This document shows, one piece after another, positions 18,149 to 27,400 of a DNA stretch of 41,043 bases. The notes beneath the pieces were generated by a model, which worked only from the letters and a program-made list of their open reading frames with translations, was not told the origin of the DNA and did not search any database. Within the stretch, counting starts at the first letter, position 1; the number at the start of each line of letters is the position of its first letter. A program made the position numbers and the translations under genes. The DNA is taken from IMG/VR virus record IMGVR_UViG_3300037419_002305, positions 1 to 41,043 of that record. One strand, 5' to 3'. Source of the stretch: a virus. Its lineage: Duplodnaviria; Caudoviricetes.

Positions 18149-18718
18149 ATGAACCAGCTTTTTTCAGACAGCGAAACCTTTCAGAAAGAAAGGCCAACTA
18201 AACCCAGCGAAGTGCAAAAGGTAAAGTTTTACAATGACATGGCACAAGAGGTAATTGATAACGGATGGTCGAGTGATAGCGTGTCAGATATAGCAAACGA
18301 TTTGGAAGAACTATATCCTTTTTACGGTAACGGGTACGACTTGGCAAAGAATCTAGAGAAGGGGTATAGAAACCAAGCCAGTTATGATATTGACCCTTCT
18401 TTCTGTGAATGGCTTGACAACCTCGATTATGAGTATAGAAGATTGGTAGAAGAAAATGTACGCACATGGGTAAAGGCGCACAACCCGCAACCAAAATATA
18501 AGGTTGGAGAGTCGGTTGTATTGAGCAAAAACCTAAACCGTGAAATGAACGCCGGTCAAACTTTTTATATCACAGGACTTCAGCCAGAAGAAGCCAACTA
18601 TTTGGTCTGGAAGGATAAAAAACACAATGGAGGGTGTGTCATTGCTTACGAAAGGTTAGAAGATGCTGTGCTGATTAGCGATCAGAACCCTGCAGTGAGT
18701 GACACAACGAAAGCCTAA
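18149..18718 (+). CDS. hypothetical protein (cassette cargo)
   Basis: 189 aa; ends SDQNPAVSDTTKA inside the repeat. Confidence 0.7.
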   Translation: MNQLFSDSETFQKERPTKPSEVQKVKFYNDMAQEVIDNGWSSDSVSDIANDLEELYPFYGNGYDLAKNLEKGYRNQASYDIDPSFCEWLDNLDYEYRRLVEENVRTWVKAHNPQPKYKVGESVVLSKNLNREMNAGQTFYITGLQPEEANYLVWKDKKHNGGCVIAYERLEDAVLISDQNPAVSDTTKA

Positions 18719-18740
18719 TAGTAGTACAACCGCTAAGTAC
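18676..18740 (+). repeat. dispersed cassette-end repeat, right-type copy 5
   Basis: tagcgatcagaac...gtgagtgacacaac...atagtag...gctaagtac. Confidence 0.88.
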
Positions 18741-18763
18741 AAAAAAGTTCTTTTAAATAAAAA

Positions 18764-18837
18764 AAGTGAGTGGCCGAATCTGTAGGCACATGAGGACGTA
18801 TCATGGATGAAAGGAGTTCCTGGCCTTTCCTCACTTT
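18764..18837 (+). ncRNA. degenerate tRNA-like cloverleaf
   Basis: Acceptor aagtgag/ctcactt, D-arm gcc/ggc, catga-N7-tcatg, gaaagg/cctttc; lacks U33, canonical T loop and CCA. Confidence 0.55.
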
Positions 18838-18868
18838 TTCACTCTTAACCAATTAAAACCTAAAAGCT

Positions 18869-19078
18869 ATGTCACGTTGGAGCGAACAAATCTTACATCA
18901 GGCAGAAATCGACGCCGAATTTGACAGGGGCCAAAGCTGTGCCCGTCTTCGTAAAAGGATAGAAAATGATATGTGGAGGTATCACGAAGAACTTGAACAG
19001 CAGGAGGAAGAAACCCCCATTTTCCGCCTTCAGGACGGAACCTTAATCGACGGTGAACAAACTTTAAAAACAGCGTAA
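18869..19078 (+). CDS. hypothetical protein
   Basis: A-rich start; TAATG coupling to bet. Confidence 0.6.
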   Translation: MSRWSEQILHQAEIDAEFDRGQSCARLRKRIENDMWRYHEELEQQEEETPIFRLQDGTLIDGEQTLKTA

Positions 19079-19899
19079 TGAATAATCAATTAATCAAAGC
19101 ATCGGAATACACGCCCGACCAAATAGCCCTAATAAAGTCACAGATTGCCCCTAAAGCCAACAAAGACGAACTGGCGTATTTCATGCAACAGTGCCTTAGA
19201 ACGCAATTAGACCCCTTTTCCAAGCAGATTTACGCCATCCATCGGTGGAACTCACAGCAGGGTAAAGAGGTCATGTCGATACAGGTATCCATCGACGGTT
19301 TTCGGGTCATTGCCCAACGCAGCGAACTGTATGCCGGTCAGGGCGAACCCGAATACCTGGAAAAGGACAATAAGCTGGATTGCTGCAAGGTACGGGTCTA
19401 TAAGTTTTCTCCTAAAGGGGAACGCTATGAAGCGGCGGTAGGGGTGGCCTACTGGAATGAGTACGTACAAACCACAAAGGATGGTAAACCCTCCGGCCTG
19501 TGGGCTAAAATGCCTCATGTGATGCTGGCAAAGGTGGCCGAAGCGGTGGCGCTGCGTAAAGCCTTCCCCCACGATTTAAGCGGCCTGTATACTTCTGAAG
19601 AAATGCAACAGGCAGATACTCCAACGGTGGAAACCAACTATACGGAAATAAAAGAAGAGCTAAAGGAAGAAATAGACAATTCAGACAGGGCGTTGCTTTT
19701 TGTTCTACTTAGTAGCTCAACGCTGACGGAAGGCACAGAGGAATATAGAAAAGCCTGGAACTGGATTGACACTTGCCCCAACTATAAGAAGTACGAAAAG
19801 ATAAAAGCCCGTTTGGAAGAATTGCAACCCTCTATCCATGAGATTCAAAATCCTTCCCAAAAGGACATAAACCAACATTTAAAAGCTGTTCAATCCTAA
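19078..19899 (+). CDS. bet: Bet/RecT-family single-strand annealing protein
   Basis: LDPFSKQIY, SIDGFRVIA, W.KMP.VML.K.AE..ALRKAFP..LSGLY..EEM. Confidence 0.9.
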   Translation: MNNQLIKASEYTPDQIALIKSQIAPKANKDELAYFMQQCLRTQLDPFSKQIYAIHRWNSQQGKEVMSIQVSIDGFRVIAQRSELYAGQGEPEYLEKDNKLDCCKVRVYKFSPKGERYEAAVGVAYWNEYVQTTKDGKPSGLWAKMPHVMLAKVAEAVALRKAFPHDLSGLYTSEEMQQADTPTVETNYTEIKEELKEEIDNSDRALLFVLLSSSTLTEGTEEYRKAWNWIDTCPNYKKYEKIKARLEELQPSIHEIQNPSQKDINQHLKAVQS

Positions 19900-19903
19900 A
19901 GCC

Positions 19904-20104
19904 ATGATAGCTGTAAACACACCCGACCAGGCAGAGATCAACGCCCACTTGTGCAGTGAGTTAAAAAGGCTCAGGGAAGAAAACATTCTTTTAAAAGGGG
20001 AATTAATTGGCACTTTGGAAGGCATTCTACTCTATGAAGATAAACTACCCCTCTCGGTAGTGGAGCTAAAAAAACAACGCTTACAGGAGTTAAAAGCAAA
20101 GTGA
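19904..20104 (+). CDS. hypothetical coiled-coil protein
   Basis: ORF in operon. Confidence 0.5.
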   Translation: MIAVNTPDQAEINAHLCSELKRLREENILLKGELIGTLEGILLYEDKLPLSVVELKKQRLQELKAK

Positions 20105-20556
20105 TGAAAACCGTGATCAAACATAGCGGCTGGTTCAAATCAGGCAAACTGCACCTGTCCAACAGGGCAAGGTTTGAAGGGGAATGTAAAGCCTTTCCCG
20201 ATTGTGATGTGGAGGTGATCGTAAAAAAGAAGGGAAAGGCTTCCTCCCAATCAAGACGGTATTATTTCGGGGTCATTGTCCGGGAAATCACCGATGAACT
20301 AAGGCGGCTGGGTAACAAGGTAGACGAAGAGTTGGTACACGAACTCTTAAAGCTGGAGTGCAATAAACAATACCTACGAAATGAAGACGGCGTAGTGATT
20401 GGAGAAGTGGGAGGTACGACCACCGACCACAACCCCGAAGAGCGCAGCGAATTTTTAGAGGCCTGTATCCAGTATGCAGCGGAAAAATTAGGGCTGGCTA
20501 TTTCACCGCCCAACACCCAAGCCAGTTTGTTTAACGAAAAAAATAAAGCAGCATGA
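20101..20556 (+). CDS. NinB/Orf-like recombination protein
   Basis: S.Q.RRYYFGVI...VHELLK...TT....E.SEFLE pattern; near bet. Confidence 0.6.
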   Translation: MMKTVIKHSGWFKSGKLHLSNRARFEGECKAFPDCDVEVIVKKKGKASSQSRRYYFGVIVREITDELRRLGNKVDEELVHELLKLECNKQYLRNEDGVVIGEVGGTTTDHNPEERSEFLEACIQYAAEKLGLAISPPNTQASLFNEKNKAA

Positions 20557-20984
20557 ACAGAGAAATAAAATTCAGGATTTGGAACCGGGATGCAGAACAA
20601 TGGTATGAACCCGTATTTGAAGCATATAAGGGGCTGTTGTTTGAACTACTCTTAACTACATCCGGTGAGTTATGCGAAAGAAGTATGCAAGGCTTTACGC
20701 ATGAATCCAGGTTCCCTGGTAAGTATGTTATTCAGCAGTACACCGGCTTAAAGGATAAGAACGGAAAAGAAATCTACGAGGGGGATATACTTAGCGTTGA
20801 TGTAGAAACAGAGACCGAAAAAATGACTATGCAAGACGATTACCTGTTGGCAGTTGTTAAGTGGAACCATGCAGGATTTTGGGCTTCTGTTGAAACCGAT
20901 GAGGGGGAAGCTCTGACCGAAATAGACCATGACACTATTGTTATCGGCAATATCTATGAAAACCCTGAACTGCTTGCTGAATAG
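20553..20984 (+). CDS. yopX: YopX family protein
   Basis: REIKFRIW, QYTGLKDKNGKEIYEGDI, VIGNIYENPELL. Confidence 0.92.
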   Translation: MNREIKFRIWNRDAEQWYEPVFEAYKGLLFELLLTTSGELCERSMQGFTHESRFPGKYVIQQYTGLKDKNGKEIYEGDILSVDVETETEKMTMQDDYLLAVVKWNHAGFWASVETDEGEALTEIDHDTIVIGNIYENPELLAE

Positions 20985-21046
20985 CGATCCAGCCGATGCA
21001 GTGTGCGACGCAACGAAAGCCCCATAGTCATTCCAAAGCTCAGTAC
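20982..21046 (+). repeat. dispersed cassette-end repeat, right-type copy 6 (no partner seen)
   Basis: tagcgatcc...gtgtgcgacgcaac...atagtca...gctcagtac; its TAG is the YopX stop. Confidence 0.85.
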
Positions 21047-21077
21047 CCAAAAAACTACACACACAAAATAAAATCTT

Positions 21078-21371
21078 ATGGAACGTCTCTTTAACTCCTC
21101 TCAACTACTGGAAGCCTTTACCCTGGCCCTGTCTATTGCAGGGAGACCGGGAACCTTAGTCTCGGTAAACCTCCATAGGGGGGAGTTGGAAATCGAAGTC
21201 ACCACCCCGCAGGAACACTACTCCTTTAAGTTATTGGGAAAGGAAGAATACCAAGTGAGGAACGAAAGTGAACTACGTATCCTTCGGGAGTTAAAACAGG
21301 AGTTGGAGAGCGTGGCTGTCATGGTTTCCAAAGGCCAGAAGGAGCCTCTTTTTTTTGGCTCAGCCGGTTAA
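21078..21371 (+). CDS. hypothetical protein
   Basis: A-rich start. Confidence 0.55.
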   Translation: MERLFNSSQLLEAFTLALSIAGRPGTLVSVNLHRGELEIEVTTPQEHYSFKLLGKEEYQVRNESELRILRELKQELESVAVMVSKGQKEPLFFGSAG

Positions 21372-21429
21372 GATTTTTATAAAAAATGTAGAAATAAAAG
21401 AAAAAACCTAACTAAAAAATTTTCCTAAC

Positions 21430-23640
21430 GTGGACTATCAGGACTTTTTAAGAACGAAAGTAAAAGCGCACCAGGCATCAGGATTTGACGCAGAGGAAGC
21501 CGGATTGAACCAAAACCTATTTCCCTTTCAAAAATATATTGTACGCACCGCCCTGAAAGCGGGCCGCTATGCCATCTTTGCCGATTGCGGGCTGGGTAAA
21601 ACCCTGATGCAACTGGAATGGGCGCACCAGGTTGTAAATCATACCGGGAAATCTGTTTTAATCTTAGCGCCTTTAGCCGTATCAGGTCAAACCATCCAGG
21701 AAGGAAAGAAGTTTGGAATCGAGGTTTTAAAATACGAACACTGCCTGGATAATCTACAGGACGAAGGAATCTTTATTACCAACTACGAACAATTAGACAA
21801 TATTGATTGCAGCATTTTCGGCGGCGTAGTCTTGGATGAATCGTCCATCCTAAAAAACTTTGAAGGGGCATTAAGAAATCAGATCATTGACAAATTCCAA
21901 AACACACCCTACAAGCTGGCCTGTACCGCCACACCTTCCCCTAACGACCCGATGGAATTGGGAAACCATGCAGAGTTTTTAAACGTCATGTCCCGCTCGG
22001 AAATGCTCTCCATGTACTTTGTCCATGATGGGGGCGAAACGTCCAAATGGAGGCTAAAGGGCCATTCTACGGATCGTTTCTGGCAGTTTGTGGCTTCCTG
22101 GGCTGTTATGGTTTCCCGGCCTTCTGATTTAGGCTACTGTAATGAGGGTTACTGCCTGCCGGAATTAAACTACCTGGAACATCAGATCGTAACCGAAAAA
22201 CGCAATAACGGGCTTTTATTTAACGATGTGGCTATTTCGGCCACCAACTTCAACCAGGAACTACGGCAAACCAGGGAGCATAGGCTAAACAAGGTGGTTG
22301 AAATCGTTCGTCAAACCGAAGGGCAAATCCTTATCTGGATCAAACAAAACGAGGAAGGCGAGTATTTAAAAAAGCTGATCCCTGAAGCCATCGAGGTAAA
22401 AGGATCGGACAGTCCCGAATACAAGGAAAAACACCTTTTGGGGTTTGCCAATAATGAATTTCGGGTACTCATCACAAAGGCCAAGATTGCCCAATTTGGC
22501 CTGAACTATCAAAACTGCCACAATCAAATCTTCGCCTCCCTTGACTTCTCCTTTGAAGCCCTCTATCAATCCATCCGCAGGTCGTACCGTTTCGGCCAGA
22601 CAAAGCCGGTAAACATTCACTTAATCACTACGGACACCATGCAAAACGTCCGGCAGTCCATTCGGCAAAAACAAGCCGGGTTTGAAGAAATGCAAAATCA
22701 AATGCAGCGCAATATGAACAACTGTTTTGAACGGGAAGTAAGCAGCGCCCTCTACGAGCGGGGCCACCAGGTAAAGATGGAAAACTACTGGATCATGCGG
22801 GGGGACTGTGTGCAGCGTATCCAGGAAATCAAATCCGAATCCGTGGGCCTGTCGGTATTCTCCCCACCCTTTGCGGAACTCTATACCTACTCGGATCACC
22901 TGGAGGATATGGGCAATTCCAAAGATTACTCGGAGTTTTTGACGGCCTTTAATTTTTTGGTCAGTGAACTGTACCGGATCATGTGGAGTGGCCGCAATGT
23001 CGTGGTGCATTGCATGGATCTTCCCATCCAAAAGGGAAAGGAAGGATTTATAGGACTGAGGGATTTTTCGGGCATGATCCGGGAAGCCTTTGAGGGCGTG
23101 GGCTTTATTTATCATTCCAGGGTAACGATTTGGAAAGACCCGGTAGTGGAAATGCAGCGCACCAAAGCCTTGGGCCTTTTGCACAAGCAAGTAAAAAAAG
23201 ATGCCGCCATGTCCAGGGTAGGACTGCCTGACTATCTGATGGTCTTTCGTAAGCCCGGCGAACACCTGCACCCCGTTCACTGCAATATCCCGGTGGATTT
23301 GTGGCAAAAATACGCTTCGCCGGTATGGTACGACATTAACTATTCCAACACCCTAAACGGTAGGGAAGGCCGCAGTGAAAGGGATGAAAAGCACATCTGC
23401 CCTTTACAACTCGAAACCATTGAACGGGCCATCCATCTGTGGAGCAACGAAGGGGACGCTGTTTTTACCCCGTTTATGGGAATTGGCTCAGAGGTATTCC
23501 AGGCCATCAAAATGAAGCGTTTTGGGATTGGAGTGGAGCTAAAGGAGTCCTATTACAAGGTAGCGGTAAAGAACTGCAAAGCAGCCACGGAATCCAATAA
23601 GCAGATTTTATTAACGGACATTTTTAAACAGGCCGTATGA
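21430..23640 (+). CDS. SNF2-like helicase fused to N4C/N6A DNA methyltransferase
   Basis: GLGKT, LDESS, TATP, Q..RR.YRFGQ; then SPPF and PFMGIGS in beta-class order. Confidence 0.9.
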   Translation: MDYQDFLRTKVKAHQASGFDAEEAGLNQNLFPFQKYIVRTALKAGRYAIFADCGLGKTLMQLEWAHQVVNHTGKSVLILAPLAVSGQTIQEGKKFGIEVLKYEHCLDNLQDEGIFITNYEQLDNIDCSIFGGVVLDESSILKNFEGALRNQIIDKFQNTPYKLACTATPSPNDPMELGNHAEFLNVMSRSEMLSMYFVHDGGETSKWRLKGHSTDRFWQFVASWAVMVSRPSDLGYCNEGYCLPELNYLEHQIVTEKRNNGLLFNDVAISATNFNQELRQTREHRLNKVVEIVRQTEGQILIWIKQNEEGEYLKKLIPEAIEVKGSDSPEYKEKHLLGFANNEFRVLITKAKIAQFGLNYQNCHNQIFASLDFSFEALYQSIRRSYRFGQTKPVNIHLITTDTMQNVRQSIRQKQAGFEEMQNQMQRNMNNCFEREVSSALYERGHQVKMENYWIMRGDCVQRIQEIKSESVGLSVFSPPFAELYTYSDHLEDMGNSKDYSEFLTAFNFLVSELYRIMWSGRNVVVHCMDLPIQKGKEGFIGLRDFSGMIREAFEGVGFIYHSRVTIWKDPVVEMQRTKALGLLHKQVKKDAAMSRVGLPDYLMVFRKPGEHLHPVHCNIPVDLWQKYASPVWYDINYSNTLNGREGRSERDEKHICPLQLETIERAIHLWSNEGDAVFTPFMGIGSEVFQAIKMKRFGIGVELKESYYKVAVKNCKAATESNKQILLTDIFKQAV

Positions 23641-24005
23641 GTAAGAACTGCCCTTCCTGGTGCCCCTTTAAAAACGGGTATTGCAGAAACCACTTAGGCT
23701 ACTCAGTACCCAAAGCAAAGGAAATTAACAAGGTATCGGATAAAAAAAAGGAACTGGACAAAGAGTACCAAAAGGTACGAAAGGCCTTTTTAGCTGACCA
23801 TCCCTTCTGCATGGCAAAGCTGGAAGGCTGCAAGGGGAAAGCCAGCCAGGTACACCACATGCGGGGCAAGGTGGGGAGTGAGGATTACTTAAATAAAAAG
23901 TTCTTTTTGGCGGTATGTCCGGTGTGTCACGAAATCATTGAGCGCAACCCCGCCTTTGCCCGGCAGAATGGCTTTAGTGTTTCACGCCTAAATAAAAGTA
24001 TATGA
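23637..24005 (+). CDS. HNH-like endonuclease
   Basis: C.....C......VHH...LAVCPVCH pattern. Confidence 0.65.
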   Translation: MSKNCPSWCPFKNGYCRNHLGYSVPKAKEINKVSDKKKELDKEYQKVRKAFLADHPFCMAKLEGCKGKASQVHHMRGKVGSEDYLNKKFFLAVCPVCHEIIERNPAFARQNGFSVSRLNKSI

Positions 24006-24295
24006 CCCTTAATCTTTCAGAACCGAAGTATTACTATAAGGATGGTTTCTACTGGATGGTAACAGAGTCTTCTTTAGTCCAGTTTACCGACTGCTTTTTT
24101 AATGAATGGAAGATAGGAACAGAGCTGTACTACTATAAAAGAAGGGAGTTAAGCCAGTTAAAGCCTATTAATTATTCTTTGGGGGAGGAGGTGAAACAAA
24201 AATTAGTGCGTAGGATTATGGCCCCGGCTAATAGCCCTGATTTGGCTTTGGTTGCGTCGCACTCGTTAACTGCAACAAGTCTACTCGACAAATAA
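24002..24295 (+). CDS. hypothetical protein reading through a repeat copy
   Basis: ATGA coupling; C-terminal LVASHS derives from the repeat. Confidence 0.5.
   Translation: MTLNLSEPKYYYKDGFYWMVTESSLVQFTDCFFNEWKIGTELYYYKRRELSQLKPINYSLGEEVKQKLVRRIMAPANSPDLALVASHSLTATSLLDK
24214..24283 (-). repeat. dispersed cassette-end repeat, left-type copy 7 (diverged)
   Basis: gattatg-gccccggc...ggttgcgtcgcactcg...tcta. Confidence 0.75.
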
Positions 24296-24310
24296 AAAAA
24301 CCACTCTAAA

Positions 24311-24544
24311 ATGAAATACGTAGTAAGAACAATTGTACTTCCCTTTATTGCCACCGCCGCCTTTGTCGGCGCCTTAAGGTTATGGCTGGTACTGTGTAAA
24401 AACTTTATGCTCTACGGGGGAGAGATCGTAACCTTCACTAAGAACCATTCCCCCACCACGATTGTGGATCTGCTCAACTTTTTAAAAGATAAGCTGAGTA
24501 GCGATCAGAACGTACAAGGGAGTGACACAACCGGGGCTTCATAG
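24311..24544 (+). CDS. small membrane protein (cassette cargo)
   Basis: Hydrophobic N-terminus; ends SDQNVQGSDTTGAS in the repeat. Confidence 0.6.
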   Translation: MKYVVRTIVLPFIATAAFVGALRLWLVLCKNFMLYGGEIVTFTKNHSPTTIVDLLNFLKDKLSSDQNVQGSDTTGAS

Positions 24545-24563
24545 TAATTCAAAAGCTGATAAC
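24499..24563 (+). repeat. dispersed cassette-end repeat, right-type copy 8
   Basis: tagcgatcagaacgtacaagggagtgacacaac...atagta...gctgataac. Confidence 0.88.
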
Positions 24564-24670
24564 CCAAAAATAAACCCACCTAAGAAGAAAAGGAAAATAA
24601 AAGCAAAAAACGAACTATGAAAAAAGGTATCAAATATCGTAAAATAAAGTGGCTAGAATCCTTGCTGAAA

Positions 24671-24832
24671 CAGCATTTTGTTCGTATCTTGTATTCAACC
24701 ACGAACACTATACAAAATGCTGTATTCCACAAGCAATTTAGATTTATTTATATTAGTGCCGCCGGAGGGTCTAAACGTCAGCATTGGTGTTCGTGGTTGT
24801 TCATCATGTTTGATGCCTCCGGTTTTCTTTTT
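24671..24832 (+). promoter_or_regulatory. structured leader/attenuator upstream of replication genes
   Basis: caaccacgaacact/ggtgttcgtggttg stem; ccggagg/cctccgg followed by ttttcttttt. Confidence 0.6.
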
Positions 24833-24858
24833 CCCTCACTTCTCAAAACAACCACATT

Positions 24859-25545
24859 ATGAGATCCTCATTTATCCTGCACATTGACAGCCTTTGCATC
24901 CTGGATAAGATGACCGATGAACAGGCCGGAAGGTTCATTAAGGCAATTTATCAGTACCAAAAAAACAAAGAACTGCCTGGTTTAGAACCTCTGCTTGAAA
25001 TGGCAATTACGCCATTTATCAATCAATTCATGCGTGACGAATTTAAGTACCATGAAACCTCTGAAGAACGAAAATTAGCCGGTTCTAAGGGTGGTAAAAA
25101 GCGTGCAGAAAATGCAAAAAAACGTAGCCAACGATCAGGAAGTCAATCAGATGCAAGCAAATCAAGCAAATGCTTGAATTCCAAGCAAAACCAAGCAAAC
25201 GAAGCAAATCAAGCAGATAGTGATAGTGATAGTGATAGTGATAGTGTTAATGATAGTAAGAGAGGAAAGAAAAGAAATATACATCCAACGGTTGAAGATG
25301 TGATTGCTTATTTCAAGGAAAAGGGGTACAGCGAAGCGGGAGCAAGAAAAGCGCATGAATATTATGAGTTGAACGATTGGCATGATAGCGAAGGAAAGCC
25401 GGTGATTGCATGGAAACAAAAGATGTTCAACAACTGGCTAAAAGATGAATACAAGGTTACAGGAGCAGTAGTTAAGATGAATGGCATGAACGAGCAATTA
25501 AAAAAGGCTGCCAACTGGCAACCAACGGAGGAAGATAAATGGTAA
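24859..25545 (+). CDS. replication initiator (DUF6291-like N-terminus)
   Basis: SFILH.D...MTDEQAGRFIKAI.Y; AG.KGG; DS repeats; C-terminal PTVEDV..YF...YY...W. Confidence 0.75.
   Translation: MRSSFILHIDSLCILDKMTDEQAGRFIKAIYQYQKNKELPGLEPLLEMAITPFINQFMRDEFKYHETSEERKLAGSKGGKKRAENAKKRSQRSGSQSDASKSSKCLNSKQNQANEANQADSDSDSDSDSVNDSKRGKKRNIHPTVEDVIAYFKEKGYSEAGARKAHEYYELNDWHDSEGKPVIAWKQKMFNNWLKDEYKVTGAVVKMNGMNEQLKKAANWQPTEEDKW
25154..25245 (+). repeat. iteron-like repeats, candidate replication origin
   Basis: Five (c/g)aagcaaa units plus one caagca, then (gatagt)x5, inside the initiator gene. Confidence 0.6.
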
Positions 25546-27389
25546 CGATATTTAAAAACATCTTTGACCCCCAGCCTTACTACACGTCCATTGACAAGGC
25601 GCTGGAACGGATCAAAACCGGCAAAAGCCAGTTTAAGATTCAGGAAATCCGTTCCACCATTGACAAGGAAAAGGCCGATACCCTAAAGCGGCAACTGCCC
25701 AGCGTCTGCTTTTCGGGCAAGTTTACCCGCCGTACCGACGACGGCCTTTTGGAGCATTCCGGTTTTATCGTGCTGGACTTTGATAACGTGGATGCGATCG
25801 ATGAAAAGATGGCTGAAATATGTGAGCATCCCTTTGTGTACGCAGCCTGGATCTCACCAAGAGCCAATGGCATCAAAGCCCTTTGCCGGATTGCAGACGG
25901 CAATAAGCACCGCGAACACTTTGAAGCCCTGCGTGACCTATTCCCCGATGCCGACAAGTCAGGCGTGAACGAAAGCCGGGTGTGTTACGAAAGCTGGGAT
26001 GAAAATATCTACCTGAACAAAAAAGCCGAACCGTTCACCAAGATTAAAACGGTGGAACGAATTGAGGTTAAGGAGAGTATCCGGGAAGATCGGGAAGTAT
26101 TCACCCGCCTTTTAAAATGGCTGTCCAACCGCAATGATGCCTTTGTGACCGGGGAACGCAACCTGTTTATTTTCAAATTGGCCTCCGCCTCCTGTCGGTT
26201 TGGGATTCACGAAGAAACCGCCATTAGCTTGATCCTAAGCGAATACCCCGCCTCTAATGACTTTACCGGCAAGGAATGCACCAAAGCGATCCAGTCCGCT
26301 TACCGGGCCAACAAAGCCAAATACGCTACGGCCACCTTTGATAGGGATGTATTGGTCGAAAAAACCACCCGCAAGGAAGTAGAGATTGACCTAAGCATCT
26401 ATGATGAATCGGTAAAGCCCAAAGATGTGATATATGGGGCCGATGTGAAAAGTGCCGCTATGAACATCCACAAAAAAGGCTATCCCTTTGTAGCCCCCAT
26501 TGGTGTTCCGGCGTTGGATGAACTCTTTAAACTCAAAAAAGGAGAAATCACCCTGCTTACCGGAATAGGCAACTATGGTAAGAGTACATTTTTCAAATGG
26601 TATCAGCTAATGAGGGTGATTAAGTTTGGCGAAAAGTTTGCCAGCTTCTCACCGGAAGACAACCCCGCTGAAGAATACTACCATGATTTTGTTGAGATGC
26701 TTTTGGGGTGTGACTGTACCCCGCAAAACCCCAACAATCCAAGCGATGAAATCTATTCCAACGCCTTTGATTTTGTAAGCAAGCATATTTTCTACGTGTA
26801 CCCTAAAGAACTGACCCCCACGCCCGACTACATCAAAGAACGCTTTTTGGAGTTGGTGATAAAAGAAAAAATAAACGGGGTAGCGGTGGATCCGTTTAAC
26901 CAAATGACCAACGATTACGGCAAGGTCGGGGGCAGAAGCGATAAGTACCTGGAAACCGTTTTAAGTGATTTTTCCCGCTTTGCACAGGCCAACAGTTTGT
27001 ACCTGCCCATCGTTGCCCACCCGCATAAGTTAAGCAAGCAGCAAGATGGTAACTATCCTTGCCCCGATGTGTTTGATATTGCCGATGGTGCCATGTGGAA
27101 TAACAAGATGGATAACATTATTGTTTACCACCGCCCCTTTATGCAGACGCAGCCGGAAAACCCAACCGTTGAATTTCATTCCAAAAAAATCAGAAGGCAA
27201 AAGACCGTAGGTAAAAAAGGCTACACCCTTTTTGAGTACAAGCGAAGGACAAGGCGCTATGAATTTGATGACATTGATTACATGGCAAAGCTGATAAAAG
27301 ACAAGGGATTGAGTTTTAAAAAAGAACAGTCCATGATTCCGTACAGAAACGAATACCTGGAATCTCTTAACGGAGTAAACCCATTCTAA
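25539..27389 (+). CDS. primase-helicase (BT4734/VirE-N-like, PriCT, SF4 helicase)
   Basis: LP.VCFSG.F...LDFD...SP..NG.K; GERN..IF..A; Walker A GIGNYGKS; VDPFN; VAHP; DIADGA.W.NK.D. Confidence 0.85.
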   Translation: MVTIFKNIFDPQPYYTSIDKALERIKTGKSQFKIQEIRSTIDKEKADTLKRQLPSVCFSGKFTRRTDDGLLEHSGFIVLDFDNVDAIDEKMAEICEHPFVYAAWISPRANGIKALCRIADGNKHREHFEALRDLFPDADKSGVNESRVCYESWDENIYLNKKAEPFTKIKTVERIEVKESIREDREVFTRLLKWLSNRNDAFVTGERNLFIFKLASASCRFGIHEETAISLILSEYPASNDFTGKECTKAIQSAYRANKAKYATATFDRDVLVEKTTRKEVEIDLSIYDESVKPKDVIYGADVKSAAMNIHKKGYPFVAPIGVPALDELFKLKKGEITLLTGIGNYGKSTFFKWYQLMRVIKFGEKFASFSPEDNPAEEYYHDFVEMLLGCDCTPQNPNNPSDEIYSNAFDFVSKHIFYVYPKELTPTPDYIKERFLELVIKEKINGVAVDPFNQMTNDYGKVGGRSDKYLETVLSDFSRFAQANSLYLPIVAHPHKLSKQQDGNYPCPDVFDIADGAMWNNKMDNIIVYHRPFMQTQPENPTVEFHSKKIRRQKTVGKKGYTLFEYKRRTRRYEFDDIDYMAKLIKDKGLSFKKEQSMIPYRNEYLESLNGVNPF

Positions 27390-27400
27390 AAATAATTGGT

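Noticed and set aside
18764-18837. Functional tRNA-Arg(ACG)
   Set aside because: Lacks U33, a canonical TTCRA loop and CCA; kept only as tRNA-like.
22621-23307. 228-aa minus-strand ORF, and other minus-strand ORFs such as 12964-13407, 34206-34646 and 36375-36824
   Set aside because: Antisense shadows of well-supported plus-strand genes, with no motifs.
24617-24862. 81-aa ORF before the initiator
   Set aside because: Overlaps the structured leader and has no recognisable motif; a leader peptide cannot be excluded.
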